A DNA stretch of 59,652 bases from an uncultured Mediterranea sp. (GTDB taxonomy: Bacteria > Bacteroidota > Bacteroidia > Bacteroidales > Bacteroidaceae): positions 1-59,652 of the forward strand of contig CAMGIP010000001.1 of the NCBI GenBank assembly GCA_946056155.1. Reading direction: 5' to 3'. The position numbers and the translations under genes were made by a program. Of this stretch, positions 46,873 through 56,401 are shown piece after piece. Numbering within the stretch: position 1 is the stretch's first letter; each line of letters starts with the position of its first letter. The notes under the pieces are model-generated. The model saw only the letters and a list, made by a program, of their open reading frames with translations, ran no database searches and was not told the DNA's origin.

Positions 46873-49326
46873 ATGAAACAGAGAATCAGTTTAATTAGTG
46901 TCATTTTGTGTGTATGGGCCGTTGTAGTGAAGGCTCAGACCATAACACCACAAGCCGAAGAACGGGCCAGGGAGATTGTTGCCCAAATGACTCTTCAAGA
47001 GAAGATAGCCTACATATCGGGCTATACAAGTTTTTCATTACGTGCCATTCCTCGCTTGGGCATACCGGAAATCAAGTTAGCGGATGGACCGCAGGGCATC
47101 CGTAACCATGCCCCGCAGAGCACCTTATACCCCTCCGGCATCCTTTCAGCAGCAACGTGGAACAGGGAACTGGTCTATAGGTTGGGGCAAGGACTGGGTC
47201 AGGATGCCAAGGCACGGGGAGTGAATATCCTGCTTGGACCTGGTGTGAATATTTATCGTGCACCGCTGTGCGGAAGAAACTATGAATATTTTGGAGAAGA
47301 CCCTTATCTGACCGGTGAAACTGCCAAGCAGTATATTCTTGGAGTGCAGTCGGAAGGGGTCATTGCCACTATCAAGCATTTTGCAGGCAATAATCAGGAG
47401 TGGAGCCGTCACCATACCAGCTCGGATATCGATGAGCGCACCTTGCATGAGATTTACTTTCCTGCTTTTAAAAAGGCTGTACAGGAGGCTCATGTGGGGG
47501 CGGTAATGAACAGTTATAATCTGCTTAATGGGGTGCATGCTACCGAAAACCGCTGGTTGAATATCGATGTCCTTCGCAATCTCTGGGGATTCAAGGGACT
47601 GCTGATGTCCGACTGGACCTCGGTCTATTCTGCGGTGGGAGCAGCCAATGCTGGACTTGACCTGGAGATGCCGAAGGGACGCTACATGAATGAGGAGAAT
47701 CTGCTGCCGGCCATAGAGAAAGGTACTGTGACAGTTGAGACCATCAACCTGAAGGTGCAGCATATCCTGCAGACGCTGATAGCTTACGGCATGTTGGACA
47801 AGGAGCAGAAGGACAACACCATCCCGATGGATAATCCTTCTTCCCGTCAAACGGCATTGGACTTGGCCCGTGAGGGCATGGTCCTGCTGAAGAATGAGGG
47901 TGGATTGCTCCCGCTCAAGGGGAAGATTGCAGTGATGGGCCCCAACGCGGATTATATTCCTACCGGTGGAGGAAGTGGATTTGTTACCCCGTTCAGTACA
48001 GTCTCTGTGGCACAAGGAATGGAGAATATCAGAAAAAAACAGGTGGTGAAACTGACTGATGAGGTAATCTTTGATGACATTGTGCAGGAGTTCTATACCG
48101 ATTCCACCCGGACCAACAAAGGATTTGCTGCCGAATATTTTAAGAACAAGACGCTTGAGGGAGTGCCGGAACTGACGCGAGTGGAGTCTGCCATAGACTA
48201 TGACTGGGCATATGGCGCCCCGTTGGATGGTTTCCCGAATGATGGATTCTCGGTACGCTGGACCGGTTATTATCATGCCAGGGAGAAAGGGCTACTCAAG
48301 CTCTATATTGGTGGGGATGACGGCTATCGCCTGAAGGTGAACGGCAAGACCATCACGGGTGACTGGGGAAATCATGCCTATTCCAATAGGGAGATCGAAC
48401 TACCTGTAGAGGAGGGCAAGTGCTATCAGTTCAGAATAGAGTTCTTCGACAATATCTCATCGGCTATTATTCGCTTCAAGGCGGCCCGATTGAATGAAGA
48501 GAGACTACGCCAAGGATTGTCGAAGGTGGATCATGTGGTCTTATGTACAGGGTTCAATAGCAACACCGAAGGGGAGGGATTTGACCGTCCGTTTGCGTTG
48601 CCTCACTATCAGGAGCTGTTTATCCGGAAAATTGCGACTATGCACCCCAATCTAGTGGTTGTGCTCAATGCCGGAGGAGGGGTGGACCTAACCCGTTGGC
48701 AGGATGCCGCCAAAGCCATTCTCATGGCCTGGTACCCCGGTCAAGAGGGGGGAACTGCGGTAGCTGAAATTCTGACGGGAAAGATTTCACCGAGTGGCAA
48801 GTTGCCAATTACCATGGAAAAGAGCTGGGAAGACAATCCCGTTCATGACAGTTACTACGAGAACCTCAAGGCTGAAATCAAGCGGGTGGATTATGCAGAG
48901 GGTGTCTTTGTAGGCTATCGTGGCTACGACCGATTGGGTAAGTCTCCGAGGTATCCTTTCGGTTACGGATTGTCCTACACCACCTTCGAGTACAGTAATC
49001 TGAAGGTAGAGCAGCTGGATAATCGTGAAGTGAAGGTTAGTTTTGATGTGACCAATACTGGCAAAATGGAGGGCTCTGAGGTGGCACAGGTCTATGTACA
49101 TGATGTCCAGGTATCCGTTCCCCGTCCCTTGAAGGAGTTGAAAGGATATGAAAAAATACATCTCAGGAGAGGGGAAACCAAGCGGGTCAATCTTGTATTA
49201 AGTCAGGACGCATTTGCCTTCTACAACGCAGATTTGCATCGGTTTGTGGTGGAAAACGGAACCTTTGAATTTTGGATTGGCTCCTCTTCGCAGGACATAC
49301 GGCTGAAGGCAGAGGTGACCTTGTGA
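46873..49326 (+). CDS. GH3 beta-glucosidase/xylosidase with PA14 insert
   Basis: ADGPQG; GRNYEYFGEDP; IKHF; MSDW; FSVRWTG..DDG (PA14); EGFDR; YPFGYGLSYT. Confidence 0.93.
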   Translation: MKQRISLISVILCVWAVVVKAQTITPQAEERAREIVAQMTLQEKIAYISGYTSFSLRAIPRLGIPEIKLADGPQGIRNHAPQSTLYPSGILSAATWNRELVYRLGQGLGQDAKARGVNILLGPGVNIYRAPLCGRNYEYFGEDPYLTGETAKQYILGVQSEGVIATIKHFAGNNQEWSRHHTSSDIDERTLHEIYFPAFKKAVQEAHVGAVMNSYNLLNGVHATENRWLNIDVLRNLWGFKGLLMSDWTSVYSAVGAANAGLDLEMPKGRYMNEENLLPAIEKGTVTVETINLKVQHILQTLIAYGMLDKEQKDNTIPMDNPSSRQTALDLAREGMVLLKNEGGLLPLKGKIAVMGPNADYIPTGGGSGFVTPFSTVSVAQGMENIRKKQVVKLTDEVIFDDIVQEFYTDSTRTNKGFAAEYFKNKTLEGVPELTRVESAIDYDWAYGAPLDGFPNDGFSVRWTGYYHAREKGLLKLYIGGDDGYRLKVNGKTITGDWGNHAYSNREIELPVEEGKCYQFRIEFFDNISSAIIRFKAARLNEERLRQGLSKVDHVVLCTGFNSNTEGEGFDRPFALPHYQELFIRKIATMHPNLVVVLNAGGGVDLTRWQDAAKAILMAWYPGQEGGTAVAEILTGKISPSGKLPITMEKSWEDNPVHDSYYENLKAEIKRVDYAEGVFVGYRGYDRLGKSPRYPFGYGLSYTTFEYSNLKVEQLDNREVKVSFDVTNTGKMEGSEVAQVYVHDVQVSVPRPLKELKGYEKIHLRRGETKRVNLVLSQDAFAFYNADLHRFVVENGTFEFWIGSSSQDIRLKAEVTL

Positions 49327-49399
49327 ACGTCACCTCCCGTATTCATTCAATGATGTAAGTGTATGGAAAATCAATCATAACGTCTTTATGCTTTAGGGT

Positions 49400-51877
49400 A
49401 TGATATGGAATATGAATCGCTTGAACAGGGTGTGGTGGATCTTGCTGCTTCTCCTGTGCCCCTTCTTCCAGACATTGGCACAGCGCTCGGAACTGTTGCT
49501 TGAGAAAAACTGGAGATTCACCAAGGGGGATTATCCCGAGGCTTCATCTCCAGACTTCGATGACTCGAAGTGGAGTGAGGTTGTGGTGCCTCACGATTGG
49601 GCCATTACCGGTCCGTTTGATGTCAATAACGATTTGCAGAATGTGGCCGTTCAGCAGAATTTTGAAAAGAGAGCTACTTTAAAGACTGGTCGGACGGGCG
49701 GACTTCCCTATGTAGGAGTTGGATGGTACCGTACTTGTTTCGACACGCCTAAAGGTAAGGAGGTGACGTTGCTTTTTGATGGTGCCATGAGCGAAGCCTG
49801 TGTCTATGTCAATGGCAAGCAGGTCTGTTTCTGGCCCTACGGGTACAACGCTTTTCATTGCGATGTCACCGCTTATCTTCATGAGGACGGCACCCCCAAC
49901 ACCTTGGCGGTGAGGTTGGAAAACCTGCCTCAATCTTCGCGATGGTACCCAGGTGCGGGGCTTTATCGCAATGTCCATCTGATTACTACGGAGAGGGTGC
50001 ATGTGCCGGTTTGGGGCACTCAGGTCACTACACCTTATGTCTGCAGTGACTTTGCTTCGGTGACTCTGCTGACCGATGTAGTTCAAACCGATAGCATCAA
50101 GCAGATTCGTATAGAAACGGAGATACTTTCGCCTCAGGGACAGCGTGTATGCAGACGCACCACGCGGAATCTGTCGGGCAACGGACATAAGTTTGAGCAA
50201 CATTTCACCGTGGATTCACCTCAACTTTGGTCTCCGGAGTCTCCATCACTTTATCGGGCTGTTTCCAGAATTTATGTCGATGGGAGACTGTCAGATACCT
50301 ATACCACCCGTTTTGGCATACGTTCCCTTGCGTATGTCCCCGACAAAGGTTTTTACCTCAATGGGGTGCACCGCAAGTTTCAAGGGGTATGCAACCATCA
50401 CGACTTGGGGCCTTTGGGTGCTGCGGTCAATGTGTCGGCTCTTAGACATCAGTTGATGTTGCTCAAGGATATGGGGTGTGATGCCATCCGTACCACCCAC
50501 AATATGCCTGCTCCCGAACTGGTGGCTCTGTGTGACGAGTTGGGTTTCATGATGATGATTGAGCCTTTCGACGAGTGGGATATTGCCAAATGCGCCAACG
50601 GTTATCATCGCTTCTTTGGCGAATGGGCCGAGAGGGATATGGTCAATATGTTGCACCAGTTCCGCAACTCCCCTTGTGTAGTGATGTGGAGCATCGGCAA
50701 CGAGGTACCCACACAATGTGATTCCTTGGGATATAAGGTGGCTAAATACCTACAGGATATCTGTCATCGGGAGGATCCTACCCGCCCGGTAACGTGTGGC
50801 ATGGATCAGGTATCCTGTGTGCTTGCAAACGGCTTTGCCTCGTTGTTGGACATCCCAGGATTGAACTATCGTACTCAGCGCTACCGGGAGGTATACGACA
50901 GGCTGCCTCAGCAACTGGTGCTGGGTTCTGAAACGGGATCTACCGTAAGCTCGCGCGGGGTGTATAAGTTTCCCGTCGAGGCGAAGAAGAGTGTGAGATA
51001 TGAAGACCACCAATGTTCATCATACGACGTGGAGGCTTGTCTGTGGTCCAATACTCCTGATGTGGATTTTGCCTTGGCCGATGACTACCCCTGGACCTTG
51101 GGGCAGTTTGTGTGGACTGGGTTTGACTATTTGGGCGAGCCTTCACCCTACGATACCGACTCGTGGCCCAACCACAGCTCTATGTTCGGCATCATCGATT
51201 TGGCCAGCCTGCCCAAGGATCGCTACTATCTGTTCCGAAGTGTTTGGAACAAGAGGGAGAGTACACTCCATATCGTGCCACACTGGACATGGCCGGGACG
51301 AGAAGGGAAGAAGACACCTATTTATGTATATACCAGTTATCCTTCGGCCGAGCTGTTTGTCAACGGGAAAAGTTATGGCGTGCGGACCAAGGGCAAGGAG
51401 AGTCTGCTTCACCGTTACCGGCTAATGTGGGAGGAGGTGGTTTACGAACCCGGTGAGGTGAAAGTAGTAGCCTATGCTGAGGATGGCAAGGCGGTAGCCG
51501 AAAAGAGAGTGCAAACGGCCGGTGCCCCCCACCGCATAGAACTGGTGTGCAACAGAAAGAAGTTGGCTGCTGATGGCAAGGATTTGGCCTATGTGACAGT
51601 TAGGGTGGTGGATAAGGAGGGGAATCTCTGTCCGTCAGACCAAAGGAAGATACGCTTCTCTGTCAAGGGTGAAGGCTCTTTCCGCGCTGTGGCCAATGGC
51701 GATCCTACCAATCTGGAACCTTTCCACCAGCCCTGTATGCATCTTTTTAATGGTATGCTGACGGTCATTGTACAGAGCAGTGAGGAGGCGGGGGCACTCT
51801 CCTTGCGTGTAGCGGCCAAAGGGGTGAAAGCCGGTACTATCGTCTTCAGAACAGAGAAACCTGAATGTCTTTTCTGA
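49400..51877 (+). CDS. GH2 beta-galactosidase-like (DUF4982 type)
   Basis: VPHDW; SRWYPGAGLYR; GVCNHHD; WSIGNE; GSET; WTGFDYLGEP; PHWTW. Confidence 0.92.
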   Translation: MIWNMNRLNRVWWILLLLLCPFFQTLAQRSELLLEKNWRFTKGDYPEASSPDFDDSKWSEVVVPHDWAITGPFDVNNDLQNVAVQQNFEKRATLKTGRTGGLPYVGVGWYRTCFDTPKGKEVTLLFDGAMSEACVYVNGKQVCFWPYGYNAFHCDVTAYLHEDGTPNTLAVRLENLPQSSRWYPGAGLYRNVHLITTERVHVPVWGTQVTTPYVCSDFASVTLLTDVVQTDSIKQIRIETEILSPQGQRVCRRTTRNLSGNGHKFEQHFTVDSPQLWSPESPSLYRAVSRIYVDGRLSDTYTTRFGIRSLAYVPDKGFYLNGVHRKFQGVCNHHDLGPLGAAVNVSALRHQLMLLKDMGCDAIRTTHNMPAPELVALCDELGFMMMIEPFDEWDIAKCANGYHRFFGEWAERDMVNMLHQFRNSPCVVMWSIGNEVPTQCDSLGYKVAKYLQDICHREDPTRPVTCGMDQVSCVLANGFASLLDIPGLNYRTQRYREVYDRLPQQLVLGSETGSTVSSRGVYKFPVEAKKSVRYEDHQCSSYDVEACLWSNTPDVDFALADDYPWTLGQFVWTGFDYLGEPSPYDTDSWPNHSSMFGIIDLASLPKDRYYLFRSVWNKRESTLHIVPHWTWPGREGKKTPIYVYTSYPSAELFVNGKSYGVRTKGKESLLHRYRLMWEEVVYEPGEVKVVAYAEDGKAVAEKRVQTAGAPHRIELVCNRKKLAADGKDLAYVTVRVVDKEGNLCPSDQRKIRFSVKGEGSFRAVANGDPTNLEPFHQPCMHLFNGMLTVIVQSSEEAGALSLRVAAKGVKAGTIVFRTEKPECLF

Positions 51878-52010
51878 AAAGACTTACTTCTACCACTTTT
51901 CATCGTTGGGGGATTCTTTTGAGTTCCTACTGGACTATGGTGAAATGGTTTAGATTCAAAAAACTGATAATACATAGTCTGATGAACGCAGGCCAGGTAT
52001 TGTCAGTTTT

Positions 52011-52793
52011 ATGTATAGTTCCATATATAGGTATGCCATCTTGGACGGGGTAGGGGATTCAGACCACCATAAGCAGGAGCACCCGGCACTCCATCCCCAA
52101 GGAGATCAGATATCGGAGACTCACGAGCCGGTGAAAATCAATACGCTCAATACCCCAAGAGGCGGTGAGTTCAGGGTGGTGCTGGAGGATGGAACCGAGG
52201 TATGGCTCAACTCCGAATCCCAACTTATCTATCCCGAAACCTTTGAAGGTCCCGAACGGCGTGTGAAGGTGGAGGGTGAAGCCTATTTCAAGGTGGCCAA
52301 GAACGAGAAGCAGCCGTTCTATGTGGAGACTGCCGGACAGGAGGTCCGCGTCTTTGGTACCGAGTTCAATGTGCGCAACTATCCCGAGGATGAATATGTC
52401 TCTACCGTGCTGATTGAGGGTTCTATCTCCCTGTCTCGGCGTTCCAATCCACAGAACTGCCTGCTGCTGACTCCCGGTCATCAGGTACAGTTTGACAAGA
52501 ACACCGAGTAGGCTCGCATCAGTGCAGCTTCCGTGGAGGTGATGACCTCTTGGCGTACGGGACAGTTTGTGTTCGAGAACCAGACGCTCGAACACATCAT
52601 GCAAGATCTGGCTCGCTGGTACAACTTCGACTTTACCTTTGAGGACGAACAGCTCAGGGAGATGCTCTTCATGGGCTCTGTGCCCCGTTATGCTCACTTC
52701 TCCCAGGTGCTGCTGATTCTGGAGAAGTCGGGAGGACTCTCCTTCACCCTATCTGATGACGTGGTAGTCGTAGCCATGACGCACAACAAATAA
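52011..52793 (+). pseudogene. FecR-family anti-sigma pseudogene (5'-truncated, in-frame TAG)
   Basis: TPRGGEF, LEDGTEVWLNSES, EGEAYF, GTEFNV; TAG at 52509-11; same-frame continuation SWRTGQFVF..LARWY; no TM segment, no partner sigma. Confidence 0.88.
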
Positions 52794-52896
52794 CGATACA
52801 ACACGATTATTCATTATATTAGGGGCAGTCGCGAAATCAGATTAAAAAACACAATGAATTGATTGTCAATGTGATAAATATTTTGTATCTTAGCAG

Positions 52897-53075
52897 ACGG
52901 AAATAAGAAATTCCCCCGAACCTCTTGTCGTTCAACGCCTTCAATGAAGGCACGAGACTGAGGCATTGCATCTCTTTGGCCCAAAAGCTCACAGGAGTTA
53001 CCTCTCACAGCCTAATGTCCTACACATGGAATCCAACTTTACGGGAGTGGTGGTCCATACAACCGTATGGAGCAG
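52897..53075 (+). ncRNA. Candidate structured non-coding RNA
   Basis: Promoter-like ATTG-N20-TATCTTAG (52862-93); nested stems CCTC/GAGG, TCTTGT/ACGAGA, GCCTTC/GAAGGC; 3' hairpin TCCATAC/GTATGGA; no credible ORF. Confidence 0.4.
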
Positions 53076-53144
53076 GCACTTATAAAGTCATCATAGAAAA
53101 ATGAGGGAAATAGGCTCCGCACCAAGGACATGCCTTCAAAACAT

Positions 53145-53232
53145 GCCCCAAAAAGTATGTTGACATAAATGGCAAAGTATCTAAAGATAAATGGCAAAGT
53201 ATGTTTAGATACTTGGCGAGGTATGTTGACAT
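53145..53232. repeat. Four 22-bp units with quasi-palindromic GTATSTNNASAT core
   Basis: GTAT cores at 53155, 53177, 53199, 53221; ATAAATGGCAAAGTAT exact twice. Confidence 0.85.
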
Positions 53233-53256
53233 TTTCAATTATTTTTCCTACATTTG
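53225..53256 (+). promoter_or_regulatory. Promoter of the histidine kinase gene
   Basis: GTTG, 20-nt spacer, TACATTTG. Confidence 0.7.
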
Positions 53257-53280
53257 CCACATAAAACTATTTTTGGGCAG

Positions 53281-55287
53281 ATGAAACGTCTGATTTTGCT
53301 TTTATTTACGATATACTGGGGAGTGCTCTCCTCCTCTTCCATGGCACAGGGGGACGGGAATGACAAGGAAATCTTGATTATCAGCTCCTATAACTATGAG
53401 GGGAAGTATGCCTTCTCCTACATTACCAGTTTTGTCCATGAGTATCTGCGATTAGGTGGCAAATGTACGCCTGTGGTGGAGACTATGGCTTGTCAGTCGC
53501 TGGATGAGAGCAGTACATGGGTGGACAAACTCAAAGGACTGGTAGATAAGCATCCGCGAGCTGCGTTTATCGTGCTGGCCGGTCAGGAGGCTTGGGCCAG
53601 CTATTTCTCTCTGAAGGAAGAGAAGTACAAGAAGATTCCCATTGCCTGCTTTATGGGGCAACGTTATGGAGCCACGTTTGCCGATGACAGGATTCCCTCC
53701 CTTCAGGTGGAGGATGTGGATGATCAGCCGTTGGTGGATTTCATCACCCTAAGCAGACCCTATAATGTACGTTTCTTCCATTATTATAACTATGATGTCA
53801 TTGCTGATTGTCAGTTGATTCGCTATTTCTTTCCCGAACGGGATCATGTAGCGGTCATCAGCGACAATACCTTTGTGGGAATGAGCCAGAGGCGCTGTGT
53901 GGAGCAGGTAGTGAAGGTGCAGTTCCCGATGCTCACACCTCACTTTATCGACGGCAGAGAGCTGAACCTGCTTGAGGCCAAGGAGAAGGCTGGCGCCTTG
54001 CCGGAGCGTACGGCAGGTATTCTCTGCATATGGCGTTTCGATCGCGACAACGTCATCCACATGAACAATGCCGAATATGTTTTCAACGAGGTCAAGGGGG
54101 ATATGCCGGTCTTCAGCCTCACGGGTACCGGTATGGGGTACTGGTGTATCGGTGGTTCGGTACCCCAATATGAGAATGAGGTGGGCAGTGAGTTGGCCCG
54201 TTATGTCTTCCGTATGGTGGATGATGGTGAACTGCTGCCTCAGAGTGTCCGTTGCTACCTCAATCAATATGTCTTCGACATGCAAAAGGTCAAGCAGTTT
54301 GGTCTGGATGAGGCGATGCTACCCAAATATTCTACGCAGATCAATGTGGACGATCCCTGGATGCAGACGTTCCAGAGCTACAAATGGTATATCCTGCTGA
54401 TTCTTCTGGTCATTCTGATTCTCATTACGGGTATCCTCGTTCTGCTTCGTTACTCCCTGCGTATCAGGCAGCTTAAGAAACATCTGGAACAGGACAAGAC
54501 ACGGCTGCAGATTTCTGAGCGGGAACTGCGACTGGCCAAGGAGAGGGCGGAGGAGAGCAATCGCCTTAAGTCGGCTTTCATCTCCAACATGAGCCATGAG
54601 ATACGTACTCCCCTCAATGCCATTGTGGGTTTCTCCACCATTCTGGAGGAGGAGATCAAGGAGAATCAGGACCTGAAGGAGTATGTGAGCATCATTTCGC
54701 ACAATTCAGATCTGCTGCTGAAACTAATCAATGATATCCTCGACCTCTCTCGCTTGGAGTCGGGACGTCAGATCTTCAGGTTCCGCATGCAGGATCTGGT
54801 GGAGCCGTGCCGCCTGATTATCAGCGGACAGCAAGCGGTGGCCCGTAAGGAGGTGAAGCTCCTCTTTGAGCATGAGACTCCGACCATCATGGCGGAAACG
54901 GACGTGACCCGTCTGCAGCAGGTGCTTATCAATCTGGTGGGCAATGCAGTGAAGTTTACCAAGGAGGGTACCGTAACTCTCAAGGTGGAGCCAGATGATC
55001 TCCGCTCCGAATGGATCTTCTCGGTGACCGATACCGGCTGTGGCATCCCCTTGGATAAGCAGCGGGCGGTCTTTGAACGCTTCTGTAAGCTGGATGAGTT
55101 TGCCCAGGGCACTGGTCTGGGACTCTCCATCTGTCAGGTGACAGTGAAGCAGTTGGGTGGTCGTATCTGGATTGATTCGCACTACACCCATGGAGCTCGT
55201 TTCTGCTTTACCATACCCTACCGGTATGTGGAACATCGGGATGAAGAGGGAGATAACGAGCAACTCAACGACGAAAAAATCGGCTGA
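53281..55287 (+). CDS. Orphan sensor histidine kinase with periplasmic binding-protein-like sensor domain
   Basis: Signal peptide; ILIISSY; TM; SNMSHEIRTPLNAI; NAVKFT; DTGCG; GTGLGL; no receiver domain. Confidence 0.93.
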   Translation: MKRLILLLFTIYWGVLSSSSMAQGDGNDKEILIISSYNYEGKYAFSYITSFVHEYLRLGGKCTPVVETMACQSLDESSTWVDKLKGLVDKHPRAAFIVLAGQEAWASYFSLKEEKYKKIPIACFMGQRYGATFADDRIPSLQVEDVDDQPLVDFITLSRPYNVRFFHYYNYDVIADCQLIRYFFPERDHVAVISDNTFVGMSQRRCVEQVVKVQFPMLTPHFIDGRELNLLEAKEKAGALPERTAGILCIWRFDRDNVIHMNNAEYVFNEVKGDMPVFSLTGTGMGYWCIGGSVPQYENEVGSELARYVFRMVDDGELLPQSVRCYLNQYVFDMQKVKQFGLDEAMLPKYSTQINVDDPWMQTFQSYKWYILLILLVILILITGILVLLRYSLRIRQLKKHLEQDKTRLQISERELRLAKERAEESNRLKSAFISNMSHEIRTPLNAIVGFSTILEEEIKENQDLKEYVSIISHNSDLLLKLINDILDLSRLESGRQIFRFRMQDLVEPCRLIISGQQAVARKEVKLLFEHETPTIMAETDVTRLQQVLINLVGNAVKFTKEGTVTLKVEPDDLRSEWIFSVTDTGCGIPLDKQRAVFERFCKLDEFAQGTGLGLSICQVTVKQLGGRIWIDSHYTHGARFCFTIPYRYVEHRDEEGDNEQLNDEKIG

Positions 55288-55297
55288 AACGATGCTC

Positions 55298-55402
55298 AAA
55301 TTTCCTAGTTAGGGAAATTTTTTTTCCTAACTAGCGCGTAAAATCTCTCTAACTAGAAAAGTATACGTACTCTAACTGGGAAAATTTCAGGGCTCAACTA
55401 AG
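55298..55402. repeat. Five CTAACTAG-type cores at 22-23-bp period between convergent genes
   Basis: CTAGTTAG 55305 (inverted), CTAACTAG 55327, CTAACTAG 55349, CTAACTGG 55372, TCAACTAA 55394. Confidence 0.85.
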
Positions 55403-55472
55403 GCTTTTTCAGCGTGAAACTGACTCTCTGTTCATGGTGTAGTTGAGGTTGCGCCAAGGCGCCAGGAGAGCA

Positions 55473-56237
55473 TCAGAGTCTGCTTTCCCCCTCAATATAG
55501 TTTTCCAGGAAAAGGTTCTCTCCGTCATACACCGCGTAGGAGAAGAGGTTGATCCAGTCGCCAAGGATGAGTACACGTGAGGTACTGCTGAGCATCAGGT
55601 CCAGTTCAATGTGGCGATGGCCGAAGATGTAGTAGTTGATTTCCGGATGGGTCTTGGAGTACTCCTTGGCATAGCAGACCAGTGGCTCGTTGGCCTCGCC
55701 CTGGTACTCCGGTTCCTTGCCGTCAATGCGCTTCAGACGGCTGTGTTTGGCCCAGTTGAGTCCTAACTCCACACTCCATCGGGGATGGATGCAGGAGAAG
55801 AGTGTCTGCAGGGTGCGGCTGTGGAACATGGCCCTGAGCAGCTTGAATTTCTTGTCGTTGTCGCCCAACCCGTCACCATGTGCCAGATAGAACTCCTTGC
55901 CATAGAGCTCCACGGTCATCGGTTTGCGGTGGAGGATGACACCGCACTCGCGCGTGAGGTAGTCGCCGCACCAGATGTCATGGTTCCCGATGAAGAAATG
56001 CACCTCTACACCCAGGTCGGTCAGCTCGGAGAGCTTGCCGAGAAAGCGGGTGTAACCTTTGGGTACCACCAGTCTGAATTCGTACCAGAAGTCAAACATA
56101 TCACCCAGCAGATATACGGCTGCAGCTTTGTGCTTGATGCTGTCGAGGAAATTGACCACTCTGCGCTCTTGAGTGCGGCTGTGCGCTATGGCTCGTGAAC
56201 CCAAGTGGGCGTCCGAAAGGAAATATATACTCTTCAT
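55473..56237 (-). CDS. lpxH: UDP-2,3-diacylglucosamine hydrolase (LpxH-like metallophosphoesterase)
   Basis: MKSIYFLSDAHLG; LLGDMFDFW; GNHD; AHGDG; FGHRH; LGDW. Start set at ATG 56237 rather than 56456. Confidence 0.85.
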   Translation of the reverse strand: MKSIYFLSDAHLGSRAIAHSRTQERRVVNFLDSIKHKAAAVYLLGDMFDFWYEFRLVVPKGYTRFLGKLSELTDLGVEVHFFIGNHDIWCGDYLTRECGVILHRKPMTVELYGKEFYLAHGDGLGDNDKKFKLLRAMFHSRTLQTLFSCIHPRWSVELGLNWAKHSRLKRIDGKEPEYQGEANEPLVCYAKEYSKTHPEINYYIFGHRHIELDLMLSSTSRVLILGDWINLFSYAVYDGENLFLENYIEGESRL

Positions 56238-56401
56238 AGGTGTAGTAGGGCGATGATAATGGTTGATTTGTCTGTTTGGATAGTCCTGATAATCAGTGAT
56301 TAAAGAGCTTATATCGCTGAATCTTGATTCATTTGGAGGGCCAATGACGTGGCTATGTAAGCAGCTGAATCTCAGGTTATCAGGTTCATTACGGGCAGGT
56401 A

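Noticed and set aside
22943-52511. Amber (TAG) recoding suggested by two single in-frame TAGs
   Set aside because: Intact genes (ECF sigma, fecR, GUS) end in TAG, and both interrupted genes also carry deletions
21199-52793. tRNA-anchored integrative element carrying PUL2
   Set aside because: No integrase or duplicated tRNA 3' end seen, and the tRNA 3' ends point away from this region
52897-53075. Retron msr-msd
   Set aside because: No long msd hairpin, no convincing a1/a2 inverted repeats and no RT gene; kept only as a generic ncRNA candidate
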